A stretch of DNA of 64,000 nt from Octopus bimaculoides (taxonomy: Eukaryota), in contig NC_068987.1 in NCBI RefSeq assembly GCF_001194135.2, positions 45,881,378-45,945,377 of the forward strand, written 5' to 3'. Both the position numbers and the translations under genes were made by a program. Positions 39,536 through 51,660 of the stretch are shown here, piece after piece. Below the pieces are notes generated by a model, which searched no databases, had not been told where the DNA came from, and saw only the letters and a program-made list of their open reading frames with translations. Position 1 is the stretch's first letter, and every line of letters starts with the position of its first letter.

Positions 39536-40828
39536 CTTTTCTTTTACCTGTTTCAGTCATTAGTCTGTGACCATGCTGGGGCACTACCATGAAGAAATAT
39601 TAGTCATATGAATTGACTCCAATAATTTTTTTTTTTTTTTTAAAGCCTGGTACTTATTTTTTCAATCTCTTATACCAAACTACCAAGTTACAGGGATGTA
39701 AACACACCAGCACCACTTGTCAAGTGGTGGAGGAAACAAAGACACATACTCACACAAAGACACACAAGCACACACACACACACGTGCGCATGTACATATA
39801 TACATATCATCATCGTTTAACGTCCGCTTTCCATGCTAGCATGGGTTGGACGATTTGACTGAGGACTGGTGAAACCAGATGGCTACACCAGGCTCCAATC
39901 TGATTTGGCAGAGTTTCTACAGCTGGATGCCCTTCCTAACTCCAACCACTCAGAGAGTGTAGTGGGTGCTTTTACGTGTCACCCNNNNNNNNNNNNNNNN
40001 NNNNNNNNNNNNNNNNNNNNNNNNNNNNNNNNNNNNNNNNNNNNNNNNNNNNNNNNNNNNNNNNNNNNNNNNNNNNNNNNNNNNNNNNNNNNNNNNNNNN
40101 NNNNNNNNNNNNNNNNNNNNNNNNNNNNNNNNNNNNNNNNNNNNNNNNNNNNNNNNNNNNNNNNNNNNNNNNNNNNNNNNNNNNNNNNNNNNNNNNNNNN
40201 NNNNNNNNNNNNNNNNNNNNNNNNNNNNNNNNNNNNNNNNNNNNNNNNNNNNNNNNNNNNNNNNNNNNNNNNNNNNNNNNNNNNNNNNNNNNNNNNNNNN
40301 NNNNNNNNNNNNNNCAAAAATCCTACGACGGCCCCGCACAAGAGCCAGTCCAGGGGCACTGGCAATGGTCTCGCTCGAAAAATTTCATGTGTCACCCGCA
40401 CAAGAGCCAGTCTAGGGGCACTGGCAACGATCTCGATCGAAAATCCCACGAAGGCCAGCCAGGTGGCACTGGCAACAGCCACACCCAAAATGGTGCATTT
40501 CATGTGTCACCCGCACATGAGCCAGTCCAGGGGCACTGGCAATGATTTCGCTCGAAAATCCTATGATGGCCCCGCACAAGAGCCAGTTCAGGGGCACTGG
40601 CAACGATTTTGCTCGAAAAATTTCATGTGTCACCCGCACAAGAGCCAATATATATATATAAATATATGACTTGCTTCTTTCAGCTTCTGTCTGCCAAATC
40701 CACTCACAAAGCTTTGGTTAGCCCAAGGCCATAGTAGAAGACACTTGCCAAAGGTGCCATGCAGTGGGACTGAACCTTGAACCATGTTGTTGGGAAGCAA
40801 ACTTCTTACCAGACAACCACTCCTGTGC
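39536..40828 (-). mobile_element. SINE family B split by an RTE insertion
   Basis: The 3' half is at 39536-39806 and the 5' half at 40649-40828. Confidence 0.8.
39807..40648 (-). mobile_element. RTE 3' UTR fragment with tandem-repeat array, inserted in a SINE-B
   Basis: (ATC)n tail, then the same 3' UTR sequence as 9343-9520, an N gap and an array of about 60-bp repeats. Confidence 0.88.
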
Positions 40829-42267
40829 TTATATACTTGAATTGGAAACCATTATTAAGTGGGTGTTTGAAACATAATTTAGCAGGAAATTTTGATGAAA
40901 GAGCTTAATTTAGAATGATTTAAAACAGGTATGTTTTATCACAGAAACAGGAACAGTCTTGGGTGGGTTGGCATCAAAAAGGTTAATGGTAGTAAAAAGG
41001 GGGGAAAAACAAGAAATATCCATGAGAACTGTCATCTTAAAAAAAATTATTATGCAATATGTATCATCCACTCACATAGTTTACCACTACAATATTGGAC
41101 AGTAAATCTGATAATCAGCAGCTATCTGTCTACATTCTCAAACACAAGCATATACACATAGAAACATACAGACATATATATATATACACTAACACACACA
41201 TACAGAAACATATACACACACAAATACACACACACACACACACACACATATGCAAACACACACATACAGAAACATATACATGCATGCACTGCACAAACAC
41301 ACAAAAATGCATGCACATGCACACAAACAACACAAATATATGCATACAGACACACTTATGTTCACATAGACACAGACACAAACATATGCACACACACAAG
41401 CAAAAACACACACACATAAGCACGTATGCTACTCAACGCATTCTCTTTGGGAAGAGCTATATAAAGAATGCTTTGCCATCCTTTGAGACAGTCAGATAAT
41501 AAACACGCGCACACACACACGCATACACATCCACATCCACATCTTAATAATATACATTAGTCATTAGTCACAATATATATAACTTCTGATTGATTATCAA
41601 ATTATATCATAAAGTTTTGGGGAGGGAATCGTCAGCCTGTAAAGTACATTTGGCCCTACACTGCTATGGTATTACTATTACTATCTACAGATCTATGTCT
41701 AGTACAGAGCAAAGTACTGCTGTCTATATTACTACATTAGCTGGAATATCTGATAACGTTTAACCTTAAAAATAGCCATCCTGCAGAAAACAAATAAAAT
41801 AAAATAAAAATAAAGTAAAAAATAAAAAGCCCTCTAAATACAAAAATATCCACAGAATTAATTTAGAAGAGGATGCAGAAACAGTAGAATGGCTGATTAA
41901 ATATTTTGATAATAACCCAACTTGAGATTGCCCTTTAATTCTACGATACACATCTTGTGATAGAAATATCTAAATTAAAACCTTCCATCAAAATTTTCAT
42001 GCTAATTTACGTTCTAAACACCAGCTTAATTATAAGAAACGTATTAGTCTCCTAGTTTTATGATACAAACTTCCTGTTTTAAAGTGATCTACATTAGGAC
42101 TTCCCTTCAAAATTTCATGTTAATTTATGTTCCAAATACCAGATTAATAAGGACAATGTTATTTTACAAAATAATTTATTATTTCTATTTTCAAAATTAA
42201 TTTAAACAGTTTCATATTTTTGTATATTTATGTGCCCTTGTAGCTAATAAGGAAATTATTATTATTA

Positions 42268-42432
42268 GGCGCAGGAGTGGCTGTGTGGTAAGTAGCTTGC
42301 TTACCAACCACATTGTTCTGGGTTCAGTCACACTGCGTGGCATCTTGGGCAAGTGTTTTCTACTATAGCCTTGGGCCGACCAAAGCCTTGTGAGTGGATT
42401 TGGTAGATGGAAACTGAAAGAAGCCCGTCGTA

Positions 42433-42467
<35 letters not shown>

Positions 42468-42680
42468 NNNNNNNNNNCTGTGTTTGTCCCCCTAGCATTG
42501 CTTGACAACCGATGCTGGTGTGCTTATGTCCCCATCACTTAGCGGTTTGGCAAAAGAGACCAATAGTATAAGTACTAGGCTTACAAAGAATAAGTCCCGG
42601 GGTTGATTTGCTCGACTAAAGGTGGTGCCCCAGCATGGCTGCAGTCAAATGACTGAAACAAGTAAAAGAGTAAAAGAGTA
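42268..42680 (+). mobile_element. SINE family B
   Basis: Full-length copy, co-linear with 709-1085. Confidence 0.88.
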
Positions 42681-42711
42681 TTACCATTATTATTATTATT
42701 ATTATTATTAT

Positions 42712-43152
42712 TGAGTGAGAGAGCAGTGCATACCATGAAAGTGACACGGGTAAAATACATGAAGCCCAGTATACCCATCATGATTACACGTCTGATAAGG
42801 GTACATACACCAGGCACATGAATCACAACCGAATGTGCATGACATGGTGATTTCTATCAAGATAAACAGCACATGACCTTGTAGGTGGGGCCCAGTTAGA
42901 ATTTTCTTCAGATCAAGTAGCCCATCTTGCTCAAAAGGTCCCTAAATTAGGGTTGTTTAAGGATGTTGAATGAAATGCCCATATTTCCATAGGTGAATTA
43001 TTCAAACCCTAAAGAATTCCTTTCAATACATGGTTATGATGCTCCCCCACTACTTCTGCTCATGATCAGAAATGCATATATCGTCAGCTACCAAGGGACA
43101 TGCTCAACTGGTGAAGGTCAAACGACTGACAAGCAAATCTGTGGTATTGAGT
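42712..43152. mobile_element. Unclassified interspersed element (family E) embedded between (TTA)n and (TTC)n(TTA)n
   Basis: Complex 440-bp sequence bounded by triplet microsatellites. A second partial copy (43325-43374 plus 44374-44425) is split by the RTE insertion. Confidence 0.55.
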
Positions 43153-43212
43153 AGAATATTTGCTGTAACCCATCTTCTTCTTCTTCTTCTTCTTCTTCTT
43201 CTTCTTCTTCTT

Positions 43213-43304
<92 letters not shown>

Positions 43305-43320
43305 CATTATTTTTATTATT
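43153..43320 (+). repeat. Compound (TTC)n(TTA)n microsatellite
   Basis: Direct reading of the sequence. Confidence 0.97.
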
Positions 43321-43374
43321 ATTCACATACCATCAAAGTGGTGCTGGAGTACTAATATACAGAACCTAATATAC

Positions 43375-44373
43375 CCAAGTGGGGGTGGGTGCGCTGAAAG
43401 TGTAGCTGCTAGAATAAGAATAGCCTGGGCAAAGTTTAGAGAGCTCTTACCCCTGCTGGCGACAAAGGGACTCTCACTCAGAGTAAAAGGCAGACTGTAT
43501 GACGCATGCGTACGAACAACCATGCTACATGGCAGTGAAACATGGGCTGTAACTGCTGAGGACATACGTAAGCTCGCAAGGAATGAAGCCAGTATGCTCC
43601 GTTGGATGTGTAATGTCAATGTGAATACCTGTCAGAGTGTAATTATCTTGAGAGAAAAGCTGAACATTAGAAGCATCAGTTGTGGCGTGTAAGAGAGACG
43701 ATTGCGCTGGTATGGACATGTGGTGAGNNNNNNNNNNNNNNNNNNNNNNNNNNNNNNNNNNNNNNNNNNNNNNNNNNNNNNNNNNNNNNNNNNNNNNNNN
43801 NNNNNNNNNNNNNNNNNNNNNNNNNNNNNNNNNNNNNNNNNNNNNNNNNNNNNNNNNNNNNNNNNNNNNNNNNNNNNNNNNNNNNNNNNNNNNNNNNNNN
43901 NNNNNNNNNNNNNNNNNNNNNNNNNNNNNNNNNNNNNNNNNNNNNNNNNNNNNNNNNNNNNNNNNNNNNNNNNNNNNNNNNNNNNNNNNNNNNNNNNNNN
44001 NNNNNNNNNNNNNNNNNNNNNNNNNNNNNNNNNNNNNNNNNNNNNNNNNNNNNNNNNNNNNNNNNNNNNNNNNNNNNNNNNNNNNNNNNNNNNNNNNNNN
44101 NNNNNNNNNNNNNNNNNNNNNNNNNNNNNNNNNNNNNNNNNNNNNNNNNNNNNNNNNNNCATTTCGAGCGTGGCCGTTTTCGTGCGGGTGACACGTAAAA
44201 GCACCCACTACACTCTCTGAGTGGTTGGCGTTAGGAAGGGCATCCAGCTGTAGAAACTCTGCCAAATCAGACTGGAGCCTGGTGTTGCCATCCGGTTTCA
44301 CCAGTCCTCAGTAAAATCGTCCAACCCATGCTAGCATGGAAAGCGGACGTTAAACGATGATGATGATGATGAT
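43375..44373 (+). mobile_element. 5'-truncated copy of the same RTE family (ORF2 C-terminus plus 3' UTR, spanning an N gap)
   Basis: Translates to GGGCAESVAARIRIAWAKFRELLPLLATKGLSLRVKGRLYDACVRTTMLHGSETW, nearly identical to the 10347-10570 region. Ends in ...GGACGTTAAAC(GAT)n at 44345-44373. Confidence 0.93.
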
Positions 44374-44430
44374 GGCTACATGTCAGATAAGGGTACACAA
44401 AGCACATTCATCACAACCATGTGCAGTGAG

Positions 44431-45044
44431 TTTTGGGAGAATCACAGAGCAAAGAACTGTTCCGACATTGTGAAGGAGCTACTGACATCATAGAAAGCCT
44501 TGGGATGCACTATGAGCCTAAAAATCCACTTCTTGAATTCTCACTTGAACTTTTTCCCTGCAAATTTTGGGGCTGTCAGTGATGAGCATGGCAAGGTTTC
44601 ACTAGGAAGTTCTGAACATGGAAACCCAGCACGAAGGCAAGTTGGCTGATTATTGTTGATCACTAAAAAGGGGAATTCCAGAAACTAAATACAGTCAAAA
44701 ACCATAGGCCTCTACATTTTAAAGTAAGTTTTCTTGTAATATCAGCCTGATTTTTTAATTCATGAAATACAATTGTTTAACAATTTACATATGCTGTAAC
44801 AGAAAAGCTATGACTTATATAAGTTCACCTGCTTTTGTTTGTGGGAGAGAAGTTTTCATTAATTCTGTTGACCAATCATAATTGTCAGCCTTATTTCTGC
44901 ATTAATATAGTACATAAATTGTATAATTTAATTATTCTGTCACATAAATACCATAACAGATTCGAAATCTGCATTAAAAGTACTGTAAAGTTCACTTTCT
45001 TTAGTTCATGGGACAGCAAAAAGTTTGAATTTTGCTGACAAGTG
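44431..45044 (+). mobile_element. CMC/Chapaev3-like DNA transposon 3' relic (transposase C-terminus and right end)
   Basis: Reads NHRAKNCSDIVKELL..LGCTMSLKIHFLNSHLNFFPANFGAVSDEHG-RFH..LADYC*SLKR and terminates in ...AATTTTGCTGACAAGTG. The Chapaev3 assignment is from motif recognition. Confidence 0.75.
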
Positions 45045-45049
45045 TTATG

Positions 45050-45091
<42 letters not shown>

Positions 45092-45092
<1 letters not shown>

Positions 45093-45801
45093 GGCAAGCT
45101 GGCAAAGCCATTAGCACACCGGGCAAAATGCTTGGCAGCATTTTACCTGCCTCTATGTCCTAAGTTTAAATTCCATCAAGGTTGACTTTGCCTTTCATCC
45201 TTTCGGGGTCGATAAATTAAGTACCAGGTGAGTACTGGGGTTGATGTAATTGCCTTAACTCCTCTCCCAAAATTTCAGGCCTTGTGCCTATAGCAAAAAG
45301 GATTAATATTAGGCAAACTGGCAGAATCATTAGCATGCTGGGTGGAATGCTTAGCAGTATTTCATCTGTCTTTATGTTCTTAGTTCAAATTCTGCCCAAG
45401 CCAACTTTGCCTTTCATCCTTTCGGGGTCAATAAATTAAATACCAGTTGCGTATTGGGGTTGATCTAATTGACTGGCCCCTCCCCCAAAATTTCAGGCCT
45501 TGTGCCTATAGTAGAAAAGATTATTATTGTTATTATTATTATTATTATTTGTAGTAGTAGTAGTAGTAGTAGTAGTAACAGCAGCAGCAAAGCAGCAATC
45601 TAGCAAACTTGTTAACATGTTGGACAAAATGCTTAGTGACATTTCGTCCATCCTAATGTCCTGAGTTCAAATTCCAACAAGGTCAGCTTTGCCTTTCATC
45701 ATTTCAGAGTCAATAAAATAAGTACCAGTTGAGCACTGGGGTTCATGTAATTAACTTACCCACTCCCCTACACTTGCTGACCTTGTCACAAAATTTGAAG
45801 C

Positions 45802-45852
<51 letters not shown>

Positions 45853-45960
45853 GAAGAAGAAGAAGAAAAAGAAAAAGAAGGCAGTGAACAGGCAAAATGG
45901 TTGGCACACTGGACAAAATGATTAGTGGCATTTATTCTGACTCTTTACATTCCAAGTTCA
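45092..45960 (+). mobile_element. Tandem array of SINE family A (3 full copies and 1 partial, separated by ATT/AGT microsatellites)
   Basis: Copies at about 45092-45305, 45311-45520, 45595-45800 and 45879-45960. Confidence 0.85.
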
Positions 45961-48869
45961 AATCAATGTTATTTTACAAAATTCGTCATTATTTTCAGAA
46001 TTAATTGAAGCAAATGCAATGTATTTCAACAGAAATATAGCAAACAAAAAAAAAAAGGTCAAGAGCTTGCTGTATTTATTTACATTCTTTTATGTTTCAA
46101 GTTCCAATTTTTCTAGAGTTAGCTTTTGGCATTCCATCCAGCTATCTATATTCTGAGTTTAAACAATGCCAATGTCCAACTTTACCTTTTGTCCTTTTGG
46201 GATTCATAAATATGTACTGTCATGTACTGGAGTCAATGCTTTTCTCTCTCACTCTCACTTTTTTAGTCTTTCTCTATCTCGCTTTCTCTTTCTGGAAGAA
46301 ATTAGTGGTGGTCAAATTTAGAGAAGGACATCTTGGCTGAACTCATGTATACTAGTGACTTTTGTGTTGCAGTATGAGGATTCAAAGCAGGCTTAAGGAA
46401 AGTTTACCTGTAGTCAGAGGATGTCAAATTGGACTTGCAAGTCCTAACCGAGCCATCTGCAGGCATGGTCACACTGGGCAGTTGCCTGGAGACTTCATAG
46501 GTTTAGAGGCCTAATTCTGATTTATGTATGATATGGCCTGTTGTCAATAAATAAATACTATAGAACCCAGTGCATTCACTTCCCAGGGGCCTGTAATGTT
46601 GTTAAGACACCCCTGATCCTAATGACCACAAATAATCACAAAGCAATATCAGAACTGTGCTGAGTAGAAGGCATTAAGACAAAGGGTATTAGATTGCTAA
46701 TGCAGGGGAGAAAGCCTAGTTATTATATTATATTTGTTAGAGTAAAATATACTTTAGAGCTGAATGTTCCAAAGAACTGCAAAGACTAATAAGGAAAATG
46801 AAAATAACGAAGAGCAACAGTAACAATAACAACAAATCCTAGTTTTCAGAACACCACAAGCCAAAATTCAGGGTATGGCAAACAAAATAATTTTAGGCAT
46901 TGTATCACAAATAGATAAGCAAATATCTCATCCCTTGGTAGTATCAAACTCTTATTGTGTAATGAGGAGGGATTGGTTACAGATGAAAATAAGGTAAGAA
47001 AAAAGAGAGGAAAAAAAATCATGAAAAAAGAAGACTCAATATAAAACAATGTAAACAGAAGGAGCAATTTTTTCTAAAAGTAAGGAGAAACAATTTCTTC
47101 TAAACAACAACAAAATTCCTTCTTGAGAACATAACAAAGAAAATGCAAAGAATGAAGATGAATTAAGATTTACCACTCTTCAAAAGTCAAACAAACAGTT
47201 AATAGACAAAATTATGCATCTTTGGTTCCATAGACACTCAGTAGGAATTCAACTGACACAAATGTTTAGGTTCAGAATATAAACTACACACAAAGGACAA
47301 ATTGCTAGTAAAATTAAAATTAAGACTATACCAAACTTAAGAACGAATACCCACATGATATGGGTGCTTTTCAGTACCAAATATCTCAAAAAAAAAAAAA
47401 AAAAAAAAAAAGAAAGAAAATCGCTTACTTATGCATTTGCTTGCTCTCAAATACAATTTGAGAAATGGTTAAGTGATAAACCAAACTGAAACAAGCCAGA
47501 AAATTTTTCATGTTTTATAACCTTTACTTATATTTTGTTTTGATTATTGTATACTTTATTTTACTTAGTTATTTCTGCACAAATATGAATGTGTGTAAGC
47601 ATACATATCTGCGAATGTATGCATATGTGTGTGTGCATGTATGTATTTATGTATGTATGAATGTATGTATGTATGTATGTATGTATGTATGTGTGTGTAC
47701 AAGTGTATGCACTGTTAAAATTTTCAAAGCATCTTTCCATATAACATATAATGTCTGTCACCATCTCCTATCATCAACACTCCACATTGTTTCACTTTCC
47801 TTTGTTCTTTGGTAATCTCTATTGAAAATTTCATATTTTTTGTATATCTATTATTCCTTGTAGCTAATGAAAAAATTATTATTGTTATTATTACCCTGCA
47901 TGCATAAGTGAAAGCAGGGTATTGTAATCGCTTGTCTTTGTCTATCTATCTGTGTGTTTGCAAAATTACTGGAAAACAACTGAACAGATTGTCACTAAAT
48001 TTGGCAGAAATACTCATTGGGTGAGTGGCACAAAATGATAAAAATTTGGTTTGATTATCTTCAAACATACAAAAATACATACATAGATATGCGCGTGTGT
48101 GTGTGTAAGTTGATTTCTTAATTTTGCCAGAATATAAATACCTATAATGGTGATACTTAAAAAAAAAGATTTAAAAAATCATTTTACAGATTTCCAATAA
48201 GCAAGTTTAGCCAAACATAAAGCTTCATTCAGTTAAATTAAGAAGCACAGTTAAGCAATGCATTGTAAGCCACACTATAATTTGCGAAAAAATTTATCTG
48301 CATTGCTCCTCCAATGCCTTTTTCTTCATTATTATTGTTATTGTTATTATTATCATTATTATTATTCAGGTGGAGTGCTGACAGAATTGTTAGCATGCCG
48401 GACAAAATGAAAAGTGACATTTCTTCTGGCTCTTTATGTGCCACCAAGGTTGTCTTTGCCTTTCATCCTTTCAAGGTTGATAAAATAAAGTACTAGTTGA
48501 TTGATGTAATCAACACTGAGATTGAAGTAATTGACCAACACTTCCCTTCAGAATTATTAGCCTTGTGCCAAACCTTGAATTCATTATTATCACAATTATA
48601 ATTATGACTATTATTATTTGTGCCATATCACTGAACTCCAAGAAATTGGGTCTGCTGATTTTAGGCTTGCTGATATAGTTATAACTGTTAGTTCCATCAT
48701 TATTTTCTTTAACAGGGTTGCTTACACTTTAGAAAAGAGCGAGAGTGGGAGTGGGCAGAGCTGGGTTGAGATAAAAATAGTGGTGCTGAGATGTTTGGGT
48801 AAACTTCAAAAATAAAATAAAATGCTACCTTTTACACTTACACCAGTCTCTGGCCCCAAGACATTCTAT

Positions 48870-49200
48870 CTCTTCTCTCTTTGATTTTTCTGCTCCTACT
48901 TTAATGGTTTTTACAGTACTCATCAGAGCAACGGAATGTAATACAGGCAACCTTTGAATCAGTAAAGCCATCCTTATTAAAAAGCTGAGGCCAGCTCTAA
49001 ACAACAGAAAAATGCTACATAAAGCAGACTTGTTATTATAACAATATCGGTCTGTGCATGTCATTTTCCTGTCTCACATGGCTGAGAAATGACTCATTTC
49101 CTCTCTAATCTCTCCACATGTCCTGAAGAAGAGGTCGTAAATCTAAAATATAGAAATACAACTATTATTCTGTCTTCATTTTTGTAATTCATTTTGTATT
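48870..49200 (+). mobile_element. Penelope-like element 3' relic (GIY-YIG C-terminus and pLTR with hammerhead-like motif)
   Basis: L*ISKAILIKKLRPALN resembles the LxIxEALxIxxxxPxLN end of PLE GIY-YIG domains. It is followed by CTGAAGA... at 49123. Confidence 0.45.
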
Positions 49201-49309
49201 TCATTTCACATTTTTCAGTTTTATCTAGTATTTTTTATCTAATACACACAAATACATATATAAGTATACATATCTATATACATATGTATATGTGTATGTC
49301 TGTACATAC

Positions 49310-49557
49310 ATTTTTATCTTTTATTTGTTTCTATCATTGGACTGTGGCCATGTTAGAGCACTGCCTAAAAGTGTTTAGTTGAACAAATCAACCCCAGTGC
49401 CTATTTTTTTTTAAAGCTTGGTGCTTATTCTATCAAACTCTTCTTGCTGGACCACTAAGTTATAGGGAAGTAAACAAACCAACACTGGTTGTCAAGCAAA
49501 GGTGGGGAACAACGCAAAGACACACATACATACATACATACATACATACACACACAC

Positions 49558-49620
<63 letters not shown>

Positions 49621-49745
49621 CAATGGGCTTCTTTCAGTTTCTATCAACCAAATCCACTCACAAGGCTTGCCTAAAGTGCTATTCAGTGGGATTGAACCTG
49701 GAGCCGTGTGGTTGGGAAGCAAACTTTTTATCACATAGCCATACT
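49310..49745 (-). mobile_element. SINE family B with expanded internal (CA)n
   Basis: Co-linear with the other copies. Confidence 0.82.
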
Positions 49746-50392
49746 AGCGTCTCTTTGTATATATATGCAAGTAGATAGGTATAAAGAGGTCATCTTTAAA
49801 GTTAGAGTGCTCAGTCCACATTTCTGTGGGAAGTATAGCTATGCTGGGACTGTATATTATTGATTATTGGACTATTAAATGGTAGATACCTGTACAAAGC
49901 CATATTAATGATTAGTTTATCTTCTTACCACCACCACCCTCAACACATACGTCATAACTATATCCACAACATTTATACATATATGCTTACATATAGGCAT
50001 GCACACATACACATATATGTATATATGTGTCATATATACACAAACATAAATTTTTCTTTTTATGTCAACATTAAACTGAAGGATTACTAAGTACTCTTGC
50101 ACTTTTTAGTAGAGTATGTTAACTTTTACAAGAAAAAGGTTGACAGTCAACCTTTTGCTTGGAAAAGTTTATATATATATATCCAAAAATTAGGGAATGG
50201 AACTGATAAAATCCAAACTACATATGATTCATAGCTAGCAGAACCTCAGAAGTAGGAAAAATTATCCAAATGAGGAGCAGACCACTAGCTGCTCTTCAGG
50301 CCAAGGGTACCTTGTTTATGTAGAGTTTGCATTGTTGTTAGGAGATCCAGTGTTAATTCATTGGGGATTCAATGAAGATTAACTTTTTTCAG

Positions 50393-50429
50393 CTTATCAT
50401 ACTTTGCTACAGGAAAGATTCACAACCTT
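50393..50429 (+). CDS. Candidate 37-nt internal exon (AYHTLLQERFTT.)
   Basis: TTAACTTTTTTCAG| acceptor, TT|GTATGC donor and an open frame. Confidence 0.25.
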
Positions 50430-50578
50430 GTATGCTAATAAACCACAATTGTTGCTGCAAGTTGTTTTTTATATCTTCTACAAATTCCTTGAAGCTCAAT
50501 AACTTCCTACACCTTCATCCTTGGATCTTTCCATTACATATCTATATCTGTTTGTCTATATATATATATATATATATA

Positions 50579-50986
50579 TACTCTTTTACTCTTTTACTTG
50601 TTTCAGTCATTTGACTGCGGCCATGCTGGAGCACCGCCTTTAATCAAGCAAATCGGCCCCAGGACTTATTCTTTGGAAGCCTAGTACTTATTCTATTGGT
50701 CTCTTTTGCCGAACCACTAAGTTACGGGGACATAAACACACCAGCATCGGTTGTCAAGCGATGTTGGGGGGACAAACACAGACATACAAACACACACATA
50801 CACATATATATATATATACATATATACGACGGGCTTCTTTCAGTTTCTGTCTACCAAATCCACTCACAAGGCTTTAGTCGGCCCGAGGCTATAGTAGAAG
50901 ACATTTGCCCAAGGTGCCACGCAGTGGGACTGAACCTGGAACCATGTGGTTGGTAAGCAAGCTACTTACCACACAGCCACTCCTGC
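50579..50986 (-). mobile_element. SINE family B (well-preserved copy, CpG-rich)
   Basis: Full-length reverse complement of 42268-42680. Confidence 0.9.
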
Positions 50987-50989
50987 ATA

Positions 50990-51480
50990 TACTTGTCTTC
51001 ATCTACTATTCCTGGGAGGGTAATGGAATAGAATCCTCAGGTACCTTCCCATTGGGTTCTATAAGAAGCAACCATCATTACACTTTCTGGCTGGTTTCCC
51101 AAATGTGACCAACTGAGATTATGGATATCATACAAACATGTCTAGGTTTCCTGCCAGTTGGATCAGCTTGAAGAATCTATCTTGTGATTTTTTCCAGCAT
51201 CATTCTAATCACATACCTCAAGTACCAGAGCTGTGATCTTTCAATGTGGAGAAGTATTGGCTCAGCCTGGAGATACTTCCTGATCTCCAAGCTATGCACC
51301 CTGTAGAGTAACATTACTCCAGAGATTCTTTGGAAGAACTCCATTCCTGCCACATGTATTATAGTAAGAAAAGGCCTAATGGAAAGTTTATCTGCTCTAC
51401 ATGTCCAGTGATAATCACTGTATCTGCTAAATGGATGAGTGCCCATTATACTCAACAAACTGAGGTCTTTCCAGCTTCAT
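50990..51480 (-). pseudogene. Relic of a second RTE subfamily (ORF2 C-terminus)
   Basis: ORF 51177..51458 contains AGMEFFQRISGVMLLYRVHSLEIRKYLQAEPILLHIERSQLWYLRYVIRM, matching the RTE pattern AEMxFLRRIxG...IRExLxVEPLLLxIERSQLRW. Confidence 0.7.
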
Positions 51481-51566
51481 ACTGGACATATTTCATATGT
51501 ATTAATATCATCATCATCATCATTTAACAGCCATGTTCCATGTTGGCACACGTTGGACATACATAC

Positions 51567-51647
<81 letters not shown>

Positions 51648-51660
51648 TGTGTGTGTATTT

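Noticed and set aside
40315-40648. Repeat-spacer-like array suggestive of CRISPR
   Set aside because: The linkers are themselves repeated, the context is a eukaryotic LINE 3' UTR, and there are no cas genes.
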